DNA from: Octopus sinensis
Lineage: Eukaryota
Assembly: GCF_006345805.1 (NCBI RefSeq)
Contig: NC_043005.1
Coordinates: 46,686,001 to 46,750,000, forward strand
DNA: 64,000 bases
Direction: 5' to 3'
The notes below the pieces were generated by a model. It made no database searches and was not told the DNA's origin. It saw only the letters and a list, made by a program, of their open reading frames with translations. Below, piece after piece: positions 1 through 10,090 of this stretch. Each line of letters begins with the position of its first letter. Position 1 is the stretch's first letter. A program made the position numbers and the translations under genes.

Positions 1-518
1 TAAATAGAGAGAGGCAGAGGGGGAGAGAGGTAGAGAGAGACAGAGGGAGAGGGAAAGAGAGGTCACAGACATTAAAGGTGCCGAAAAGAAAGAGAAATGT
101 TTGTGGACGAAATGTTAATAGAAATGATTAAAAAAGGATTTATCATTAAAATGTCTAGGATTTGATATCTTTTGGATTTTCACTGAACCGAGATTACAGA
201 TTATTGAGTAACGCCATCTAACGGCTGTCGTTGTAATTATATTAGCTGCGATAGTTAAAATTCAGCTTACTGTCGTAGTAGTTAATTAGTTTGTTGCTAC
301 CAAAGATGTATACTGCTACTAGGCGAATCATTAACTGAGTGCTGACAGATGCGGTTGGTTGTTGTATTATTTCCCGCTGTTTTTGTTTCTGTTATTGCTA
401 TTTATTTGTTGTTGATTTAGTTGTTTAGCCCCAGGTCAGCCATGAGCCACAATGCAACATGTCTATGATAAAACACTTTCCAATTACAATTATCGCACTG
501 CTTTATTGTTATTATATT

Positions 519-735
519 TTATGTCTTTCTTGTTTCAGTCATTAGGCTGCGGCCTTGCTGGGGTACTACCACGAAGGATTTTAGAGCGTTTTTCCCCCCT
601 TCAGGCGTGGAACTTGTTCTATTGGTCTTTAGCCAAACCGCTAGGTTACAGGGACCTAAACACACCAACAACGACTGTCGAGCAGTGATGGGGACAAACA
701 CTGACACAAACACACACACACACACACGCACAGAC
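519..735 (-). mobile_element. SINE family A, 3' portion
   Basis: ttgtttcagtcatt..ctgcggcc..tgctgg...aaaccgctaggttac..ggac..aaacacacc matches the tails of the other family A copies; runs into (CA)n. Confidence 0.7.
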
Positions 736-778
736 AATATGTGTTTGTGTGTGTGTGTGTGTGTCTGTAAATGTGTTA

Positions 779-874
779 TATTTGGTAGGCATGATAAAAC
801 TCCGAGTTTCGGATGGCGGCGTGGATATCCACCTTGGCATCCGAAACTCTGAGTTTTATCATGGCTACCGAATA
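779..874. repeat. Imperfect ~96-bp palindrome (hairpin or MITE-like)
   Basis: catgataaaactccgagtttcggatg (790-815) pairs with catccgaaactctgagttttatcatg (838-863) with 1 mismatch; centre gtggatatccac. Confidence 0.9.
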
Positions 875-971
875 ATTGTCACATACTACATTTACAGATA
901 AATTCCCCTATTTACATAATATGGAGGTATCTTTCTTTCTTTTGTTGTCTTACTATTTTTATCAATATATA

Positions 972-1100
972 CAGGGTGTCCCCAAAAAATGTATACACAC
1001 CTTAAATAATTGTAAATTTGTTATTCTTTGTAAGCTAGTACTTATTCTATCGTTCTCTTTTGCCGAACCACTATGTGTATACATTTTTTGGGACACCCTG
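972..1100. mobile_element. Tc1/mariner-type MITE with an internal SINE A fragment
   Basis: TA|cagggtgtcc(c)caaaaaatgtatacac ... gtgtatacattttttgggacaccctg|TA; 26-27 bp TIRs and TA TSD. Confidence 0.85.
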
Positions 1101-1134
1101 TATATATAAATATAATATATATATATATATATAT

Positions 1135-1198
<64 letters not shown>

Positions 1199-1292
1199 GT
1201 ATATATATGTATATATATGTATATATATATATGTATATATATGTTATATATATATATATGTACATATGTATGTATATATATGTATGTATGTA
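1101..1292. repeat. (TA)n / (TATG)n microsatellite
   Basis: Direct reading. Confidence 0.95.
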
Positions 1293-1295
1293 TAT

Positions 1296-1590
1296 CATCA
1301 TCATCATCATCATCATCATTTAGCGTCCGCTGTCCATGCTAGCATGGGTTGGACGGTTCAACTGGGGTCTGTGAAGGCAGAAGGCTGCATCAGGCCCAGT
1401 CTGATCTGGCAGTGTTTCTACGGCTGGATGCCCTTCCTAACGCCAACCACTCCGTGAGTGTAGTGGGTGCCTTTTACGTGCCACCCGCACAGGTGCCAGA
1501 CGGAGCTGGAAAACGGCCACGGACGGATGGTACTTGTTACGTGCCACCGTCACGGGGGCCAGGCGAGGCTGGCAACGGTCATGGGTTTTG
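1296..1590 (-). mobile_element. SINE-like family E with (GAT)n tail
   Basis: (tca)n tract then tttagcgtccgct..ccatgct...ggctggatgcccttcctaacgccaacc; internal ~65-bp tandem unit starting tacgtgccacc. Confidence 0.6.
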
Positions 1591-1796
1591 CAGTAAATCA
1601 CTAAATCATCGATAACTTTTGTATTATCCCCTCAAATTACACCAAAATCTTAGACAATAACAAATAATATTGTATTTATTGTCTGTGAAAATTATAGAAT
1701 ATAAAACAACTTAGATAAAAAATTGTATCTACTTTTCTGACGAAAACAATGCCGTTCTGAACATTTTGGCCGCAATTGTTTATATATAACGAGGTT

Positions 1797-1942
1797 TTCA
1801 ATTTCTGTCAACCAAATCCATTCACAAATCTTTTGTCGTCTCGAGGCTATTTTAGAAGATACTTGCCCATGGTGCCACGCAGTGGGACTGAACCCAGAAC
1901 CATGTGTTTGGGAAGCAAACTTCTTACCACAGAGCTACACCT
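1797..1942 (-). mobile_element. SINE family A, 5' tRNA-like head and CORE-like domain
   Basis: Reverse complement reads gtggtaagaagtttgcttccc...ggttcagtcccactgcgtggcaccatgggcaagt. Confidence 0.75.
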
Positions 1943-1989
1943 ACTGACATATTTAGATTTTGCGGGTTATACTTGTTGGTCATACTCTT

Positions 1990-2125
1990 TCGAATTTAAC
2001 TTCCGTGTTCAAATGGCGCCGAGATCCACTTTGCCTTTCATCATTTGGAGATCGATAAAACAAGTAGTAGTTAAACACTTGGGGTCGATGTAATCGACTT
2101 ACCCTCCACTCAAAATTTCACGCCG
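1990..2125 (+). mobile_element. SINE family B, degenerate
   Basis: gttcaaat..cgccgag..cactttgcctttcatc...gatcgataaaa...ggggtcgatgtaatcgactt. Confidence 0.65.
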
Positions 2126-2152
2126 AAGGTATTTGTTGGTCATATAACTAGC

Positions 2153-2445
2153 ACCGTGGAGGCACATGGCCTTATGGTTAGAGCAGCGGACTCGCGGTCA
2201 AGGGATCGCAGGTTCGAATCTCTGACCGGGCGATATGTGTGTTTATGAGCAACACACCTAAGTTCCACGTGGCTTCGGCAGAAGGCAATGGTGAACTTGT
2301 GCTGACTCTTTCGCCACAACTTTCTCTCACTCTTTCTTCATGCATATTGCAGCTCACCTGCGACGGACCGGCGTCCCGCCCAGGTGGGGTTCCTTTACAC
2401 CAAGGTAACCGGGAAACCGGCCCTTACGAGCCAGGCATGGCTTGA
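2153..2445 (+). mobile_element. tRNA-derived SINE family C
   Basis: A box tggccttatggttaga and B box ggttcgaatc; homologous inverted copy at 36225-36478. Confidence 0.75.
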
Positions 2446-3014
2446 GAAGGTACAAACAATGACTAGCATTAGGATGAATAATGCTGCTGATGATAATGAT
2501 GATGACGACGACGACGTTAATGATGACAACGACAATGATGAGTATATGGGTAATGATGCTGATAATGACGATGAAGACACGTTAAATAGCTTGTAAACAT
2601 ATTTATCATCATCATCTCCATATATAATATGAAATAGGAAAATCATTTAAACGAAGAAAAATGCTATAAGCTTATTGGAGGTGATCGTATTGATTGAAGA
2701 TTGCTCTTACATGATTGATGTCCTCCTTCTGTGTATATATATAATATATATATATATATATACATCCATCCATCCATCCATACATACATAAATACACAAA
2801 GTATATTTATTTCAAATATATTCTATGTGTGTGTATATGTATGATATATTTACAAACGCACATGTATACACAGGCACATGTATATATATATATATAGTAA
2901 AAGCAATTAAGATTCAAGTGAGTTCTGTTGAATTCACATGAATGCGGTACTTAACTTAGATGCACCAGAAATCTATATGGTGTTAACCATAAGATAATGC
3001 GGGGTGATTATAAA

Positions 3015-3110
3015 TAAGAAAAAGGCAACAAGAATGGATCAATATTCGGTACAATTGTGTCGTACGAAACAATTGTACCGAAATATTGATCCATTCTTGT
3101 TGCTTTTTTC

Positions 3111-3113
<3 letters not shown>
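3015..3113. repeat. Near-perfect zero-spacer palindrome
   Basis: 49/50-bp arms centred on tcgt|acga (3063/3064); 2 substitutions and 1 indel. Confidence 0.95.
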
Positions 3114-3158
<45 letters not shown>

Positions 3159-3231
3159 AAGTATGTGTATTATACACACGTGCGCTCACTCACACACACA
3201 CACACACACACACACATCTTTATCTTTCATT

Positions 3232-3445
3232 GTTTACCTTACTCAGTCATTCCAGTGCGGCCATACAAGGGTACCACCTTGAAAAATTTTACTCAAGAGA
3301 ATGGACCACAGAACTTTTATATTTTACACCTGGTACGCATCCCATCGGTTTTCTTTTGCCGAACCGCGAAGTAAACAAACAAGCACCAGTTGTCAAGCGA
3401 TAGTGAGGAACAGGAGGGACACACATAGAAACACACACACACACA

Positions 3446-3483
<38 letters not shown>

Positions 3484-3500
3484 AATATATATATATATAT
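3232..3500 (-). mobile_element. SINE family A, 3' portion with internal microsatellite
   Basis: tactcagtcatt..cagtgcggcc...ttttgccgaaccgc...ccagttgtcaagcg then (CA)n. Confidence 0.7.
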
Positions 3501-3510
3501 ATGTATATAT

Positions 3511-3555
<45 letters not shown>

Positions 3556-3807
3556 CATACATACATACATATATATATATCGACACATACACACACATAT
3601 ATACACATGATATACACATATACATTTATTATCCTTTTAGAAGAATAGCGTTTACAATGTCTTCGAAGTCTCGGCCGGATTAGCCTTCAAGGGAAAAAGA
3701 AGGTAAAAGAATAATGAATATATATTCTGCAAAAAGTATTGAGTAATTCTTCAGTTTAATGTAAAGTTGCTTTTTTTATAATTCGACAAAAACACACACA
3801 TATATAT

Positions 3808-3970
3808 AGCGGTGAGCTGGCAGAATAGTTAGCTATCAGCAGTTCGTCCGTTTTTACGTTCTTAGTTCAAATTCCGCCGAGGTCGACTTTGCCTTTCATC
3901 CATTTAGGGTAGATAAAATAAATACCACATGGGCGTTGTAACCAACCTGTTCCCTCTCCCGAACTTGCTA
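3808..3970 (+). mobile_element. SINE family B
   Basis: gcggtgagctggcagaa...gttcaaattccgccgaggtcgactttgcctttcatcc. Confidence 0.8.
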
Positions 3971-3993
3971 GTCACACTCATTATATATATATA

Positions 3994-4367
3994 CTAGCAG
4001 TATCGCCCGGCTTTGCTCAGGTTTGTAAGGGAAATAACGATAAAGCATTTTTAGAGAGTTATAGCCAAAAAATAGCAAAAAAATGGAAAAAAAATGATGG
4101 TAAATTTTTTTGAGAGTTAAAAAAGGTGGAGTTGCGTCCCCTAGACGGTCTGTGGTTTGGGTTCCTGATTCTCGACCCCATGTCGAATTTATCGATTTTT
4201 TTCAGAACTGGGGGAACTTTTCAAAATTTTCGCTGCGTTAGTTTTGAATTATGACATTGGACTATGTGTGTGTCAAGTTTCATCAGAATCGGTTGAAAGC
4301 CGTGGTCAGAGTGAGGGTACGAGAAAACAGACACACAGAAAACGCACAGACAAACTGCCGTTTATAT

Positions 4368-4370
<3 letters not shown>
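3994..4370 (-). mobile_element. Non-autonomous Helitron
   Basis: Minus strand A|TCTATATAAACGGCAG ... cctgagcaaagccgggcgatactgCTAG|T: 5' TC, 3' CTRR, A|T target. Confidence 0.75.
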
Positions 4371-4406
<36 letters not shown>

Positions 4407-4764
4407 CAAATGATGTGTGTGTATGTGTGCATAGTACGTATGCATTTCTACAGTTTTCAACCGATCTTCACTAACAATCTGCACAAACAATACTTATGTG
4501 CCATTGATGGATATGCACTATAACATTTTGGCCAGAGCACCCGCGAAAAGCGAGAAACTTGGAAGAAAAAAAGGTTTCACGTGGGTTTTACTCTAAAAAC
4601 TGCAATTTTCAACCGATTCATTCTCTTTGGCTTCTGCATGTTTTCAATAGATTCTCTCCCTTTTTTCCCTCTATTTATTTCTTCTCTTTCTTTTTCTCAT
4701 TCTCTGTTTCCCTTACTTACACATATTCTCTCTCATCCTCTGTAATTGTTCCTCTGTAACATAT

Positions 4765-4790
4765 GTATATGTATATATATTATATGTATG

Positions 4791-4844
<54 letters not shown>

Positions 4845-4849
4845 TGTAG

Positions 4850-4881
<32 letters not shown>

Positions 4882-4883
4882 TA

Positions 4884-4931
<48 letters not shown>

Positions 4932-4972
4932 GTATGTATATATATATATATATATATATACAAGTATTCAAA

Positions 4973-5014
<42 letters not shown>

Positions 5015-5022
5015 ATATATAT

Positions 5023-5072
<50 letters not shown>

Positions 5073-5075
5073 ATG
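4765..5075. repeat. Long interrupted (TA)n
   Basis: Direct reading. Confidence 0.95.
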
Positions 5076-5400
5076 ATATCGAAGAATTCATAGGGGCGTT
5101 GCAAAGTTATTTCATTGTCTTTTATGTAGCAAATGCAGCTTTGAAAGATCAAACGCAACTATTTTAATCTCGTAATAATTGTACTATAAGAACATAACAC
5201 TGTTACAATAGGGAGGAAAACATAATTGTGTCTAATTTAGATACAACGCTCGCAATTTCAGTTTGTGTGGTGGATGTGTAATTAGTCAAATCGACTATGC
5301 TATTTGGCTTCTGTTTTTCTTGATCAATGCCTGAGGAAGGAAAGGAAAAACTCTCGGTGGTATTTGAAATCAGGACGTAAGGAGCCGGGAAGGAATGCAT

Positions 5401-5436
<36 letters not shown>

Positions 5437-5858
5437 TATATATATACATAGTGTTTGGACATGTCCCTATGTGTATAAATACACACGGGAGTGTCTGTAT
5501 ACAGCATATATAAGGATGTGTGTCTCTCGACCCTAATTTCGTGTCCCTGATACTAAAATACCCTGATTCAAATACTAGAATTAATTATTGATGGTAAGGC
5601 ACCGGATAGGATCGAAAAGAAAATGTACACACAAGAAAAATAGAAGAATACATATGCGGGTACCCATCTACAGGCAGAAAGATATTTAGGTTACGTATAC
5701 GAGTGAGTATATCAATAGCCCTGAGGCTAATCAAGACACGCACATTGTACTAAATGTATGGTTCATAATATACTTCAGATCTACACAAGGAGCAAATTCT
5801 GAGAGAAGTGAATAATAAGTAAGTAAGTAACAGATGGATATCCATCCGCATATTTATA

Positions 5859-6030
5859 GAGGGGTGGTGAAAAGTTCCTGTGTTTGGAGGCACAAACTTC
5901 AGAATTTTATTACACGGTCGCTGCAACAAGTGTGTGAATCTGAGAAGAGAATATTTTAAATAAAATCTTAATAAACTGATCCTACTGTATTTTCTTTCAT
6001 CCAAAGTCAAGAACTTTGAGCATTCCTTGG
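5859..6030 (+). mobile_element. Mariner-derived MITE
   Basis: Degenerate TIRs TA|gaggggtggtgaaaagttcctg ... caagaactttgagcattccttgg|TA; retains transposase C-terminus [11 protein letters not shown]; related copy at 41345-41518. Confidence 0.7.
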
Positions 6031-6104
<74 letters not shown>

Positions 6105-6115
6105 TATATATATAC

Positions 6116-6166
<51 letters not shown>

Positions 6167-6174
6167 TATATGTA

Positions 6175-6258
<84 letters not shown>

Positions 6259-6285
6259 ATATATATATATTATATATATATATAA
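6031..6285. repeat. Long (TA)n
   Basis: Direct reading. Confidence 0.95.
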
Positions 6286-6520
6286 GTAATTTTAGAGACA
6301 GAGCCACATTCAACTCAATCAATACTGAAAGATTTTATATCCGACCATTCCATAAGATGTTAAAATTAAATCTAACTATATCTATTCTGAATCCTGTATT
6401 TTCTGTTTATAAAATTACTTTTATATATACGAAAAAGCATTGAGAGATGTTCATTTTAGTACATCTAATTTGAATGTCTTTTTTCTGTGTACTCGGAAGT
6501 AATATTCCCTAATGATGATG

Positions 6521-6603
<83 letters not shown>

Positions 6604-6604
<1 letters not shown>

Positions 6605-7810
6605 GGATGCATCACCCAAACTCTGACATAGAAAGACTATATATACAACGTATAGAAGGTGGTAGAGGCCTTATACAGCTGGAAAACTACTATAAAATAA
6701 CCACCATAGGACTGCAAAAATATCTACTTCAGAAGGAAGGAAAACTGATCCAGATAGCGGCAAAACACGAGCAAAACAAAAAAACTGTTCTCAGTATTTA
6801 AGGGAGCTGACAAATACAAACAAGAAATCATACCACCTAATAAACATGAAGAAGAAGAAGAAGAAGAAGATGAAGAAACAACAAAAGCTATAAAACAAAT
6901 GAAATCCAAACTAAAAATAGAACAGCAACGAACCATGATAAAACGATGGCAAGAAAAGCCCCTTCATGGTAAATACTGGACTAAACTAAACGCAAAAGAA
7001 ATAGACAAAGAAAAATCCCAGCAATGGTTGAGAAGCTCAGGACTCAAAGCAGAAACAGAGGGATTTTTAATTGCAGCACAAGACCAAAGCCCCCCACCAG
7101 AAATTACCAAAAACATGTAATGAAAAGAAATATTACAAGTAACTGCAGAATATGTGGAGATGGACAAGAAACAATAAATCATATTATCTCTAGCTGCCCA
7201 GTCCTGGCTAAGAAGGAATATATTCACAGACATGACAGAGTTGGAACCTACATACATTGGAAGCTATGCCAACATTATGGAATAACAACAGAAAAAAGAT
7301 GGTATAGGCACACACCAGAAAAGGTCACAGAAAACGAGAAAGCAACCATACTCTGGGATATGCCGATACACACAGATAGAGAAATTAAGGCCAACAGACC
7401 AGATATAGTTGTCAGAGATCATGAAGAGAAAAAATGCTTTCTAATTGATGTATCAATACCGGCAGATGACAACGTGTCTCTAAAAGAAATGGAGAAACTC
7501 TCAAAATACAAAGACCTGGAAATAGAGGTAACTAGAATGTGGAATCTGAAAACAGAAACAATTCCTATCATAGTAGGTGCATTAGGCATGATAAAAAATT
7601 ATTCAGACAAATACATAACAAAAACACCAGGACTTACAAACACATATAACATACAGAAAATTGCACTACTAGGCACTGCACACGTCCTACGCAGAACACT
7701 TTCCATACAATAACCATCAGAGCATCACAACAAATCACAGCACATACCCAAGGCATACAGAGCTGCCCTCGGTAGTGAAGTGAAAGCACGATATCAAAAT
7801 AAAACTACTG
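6604..7810 (+). mobile_element. 5'-truncated R4/Dong-clade non-LTR retrotransposon (zinc knuckle + restriction-like endonuclease)
   Basis: Joined frames give LYIQRIEGGRGL...WQEKPLHGKYW...ETEGFLIAAQDQS, CRICGDGQETINHIISSC (CCHC), RHD, RPDIVV..IDVSIP..EKLSKY (PD-(D/E)xK); stop at 7713, ~100-bp 3' UTR; (AAT)n on both sides; two 1-nt frameshifts (~6780, ~7092). Confidence 0.9.
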
Positions 7811-7835
7811 AATAATAATAATAATAATAATAATT

Positions 7836-8067
7836 ACGGAGGTGTACTTGCATAGCAAGTGACTTGATCTGAGATCGTGTGCTGGAACGAAAACAATTGC
7901 AGCGCGGAAGGTGTTTATAAGCCATTTAAGAAACACACAATAACCATTAGATTCACTTCAACATTTAAATTTGATTTGTCGCTTTGAGACCGCGACCTGT
8001 TCACTGACAAAACTTCGTGCTGTGTTTCTTAAATGGCTTATAAACACCTTCCACGCTACGCTGCAAT
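7836..8067. repeat. Interspersed repeat with ~42-bp inverted arms
   Basis: attgcagcgcggaaggtgtttataagccatttaagaaacaca (7896-7937) vs inverted copy at 8021-8067 carrying a 5-nt insertion. Confidence 0.85.
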
Positions 8068-8078
8068 AATAATAATAT

Positions 8079-8146
<68 letters not shown>

Positions 8147-8627
8147 ATATGTATCATTACTTGTAGGATATGTTCCATTTTTCAACCCCACTGATAACAA
8201 TCTTCTAAACTCTGGCACAATCATACAGAATTTCCTACTATATACGCACGCCTATATATATGTACACACACTCAATATACATATACAGCAACGACTTTTT
8301 TCACAATAGCAACGAAGTGTTCTCAATTCAAGCATTGCCGTCATAAACAAACTAGAACACATTACATAACGTAGCGCTAGATATTAGTTATGTGAGAAGA
8401 TAGTCACGATTGGAAAGGTTTTGATTATACGTTTTCACAGTGATGATTGGATAGGATTATACAACAACATAGAAAAAGCAATTTCTTCATCGAGATGCCC
8501 TTTTGTTTCTATTAGGTTTAACCTAAATTAATAAGAGATGTGCATACAAATCTAGCTCATCTGCTCTCTCCATTAGTCCTAGCCCATAACAAGATCATCA
8601 GCAACTCTATATTTAAAATTGCCTTTG

Positions 8628-8840
8628 ACTTTCTTTACTCTTTACTCTTTTACTTGTTTCAGTCAGTTGACTGCGGCCATGCTGGAGCAACTCGTCCCCG
8701 GGACTTATTCTTTGTAAGCCCAGTACTTATTCTATCGGTCTCTTTTGCCGAACCGCTAAGTGACGGTGAAATAAACACACCAGCATCGGTTGTCAAGCAA
8801 TGCTAGGAGGACAAACACAGACACGCAAACATACACGCAC

Positions 8841-8881
<41 letters not shown>

Positions 8882-9050
8882 TACGACGGGCTTCTTTCAG
8901 TTTCCGTCTACCAAATCCACTCACAAGACTTTGGTCGGCCCGAGGCTATAGTAGAAGACACTTGCCCAAGATGCCACACAGTGGGAGTGAACTCGGAACC
9001 ATGTGGTTGGTAAACAAGCTACTTACCACACAGCCACTCCTGCGCCTATA
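8628..9050 (-). mobile_element. SINE family A, near full length
   Basis: tRNA-like head (rc taggcgcaggagtggctgtgtggtaagtagc), CORE-like ttgggcaagtgtctt, internal (TA)/(CA), (ctcttta)-type tail. Confidence 0.85.
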
Positions 9051-9559
9051 TCCTGACTATATCCTAATTATATATATTTATATTTTATTACTACTGTTGA
9101 TGATAATGTTGTGTAGACCCAGATTATATCTGATTAAACTGTTCCATGGTACCCGTGTAGTCAACTGAAGGAAGTACATATTCTCAACTACGCCAGATGT
9201 CCATCTAATTGAGTACCAGTTTATTCACACCCTTCTGCAGTAATCTGACCTATATGCTACAGCGTGACAGTATGGATATATTACGCTCTCTCCACTGATG
9301 AGTCTAATTTTATGCAGCCATAGTTTCTGGTGGTAGCCAAGGCGAAAGAAGCAAGATAGAATCCACTAGAGCGCGACTGTTGCTACTTTTTCTTGGGGGT
9401 TCTACGTCCTGGTACAGTGTTTAGGATTCATAAGATTATTAATACTGTAAGTGTTTCTATGTATATGTATTTATGCTCGTCAGAGCTGAGAGACAGTGTT
9501 CTTTGAATTTGGTTAGAAAGTTTTATCGCAGTGAGGTGTTGATTGTTTCAGTAAGTTTA

Positions 9560-10090
9560 ATATTTTTGTGAAGTGACAGAAACTGTGGCTATAGAAGATT
9601 ACCATGACAACAGATTCTAATTCTCACATATCCTGATCTTTTGGTATTTTTGATATTTTTGTTTTGGTGATGTCTGTGGGAGATCTAGCTAAATCTTCTG
9701 ACAATCCGTACTCTACCATTTTGTGCTCTTTGTAGCTTATTGTGGTTTGCTGGAGCGAGTCTAGAAGCCCATATTGGAATTGCATAATCTTTGGTGGATC
9801 TAATGTATTGTTTGTACATCATTGTGGCTTCTTTCTAATGGTCGTTGTAGTTGCTCTCTTCGTGTGCCGTTTTACTCTACAACGTCTTCATTTTTAGGTA
9901 CCCTATGTCGTAGGAGCAATATGTATCTCATTAAGTGTAATAGCTGGTCGTGTTTGATGTTCTCTGGTGTTACTGGTAAGGAGGGTGAGAGTGAAGTAAT
10001 TTTGTGGTGGCTACTTTAAGACTGTTGATAGTTTATTCAGGATTTTGGGTGATTTATCTAGGGTTGGTGTAGTTGTTTGGAAGTATTTTA
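9560..10090 (-). pseudogene. Decayed LINE RT C-terminal fragment (I/Jockey-like)
   Basis: Minus strand 9819-9695 reads MYKQYIRSTKDYAIPIWASRLAPANHNKLQRAQNGRVRIV, resembling the Y..YIR..LEYA...W....KLQ..QN.ALR thumb motif. Confidence 0.55.

Noticed and set aside
4400-4700. Possible third Helitron 5' end sharing the (TA)n with 3994-4370
   Set aside because: Start resembles such elements (tataa..tgtgtgtgtatg..ttttcaaccgat) but no CTRR 3' end was found.
9285-9350. ctgatgagtc...ggcgaaag as a hammerhead
   Set aside because: No plausible stem I/III and NUH arrangement; consistent with chance.
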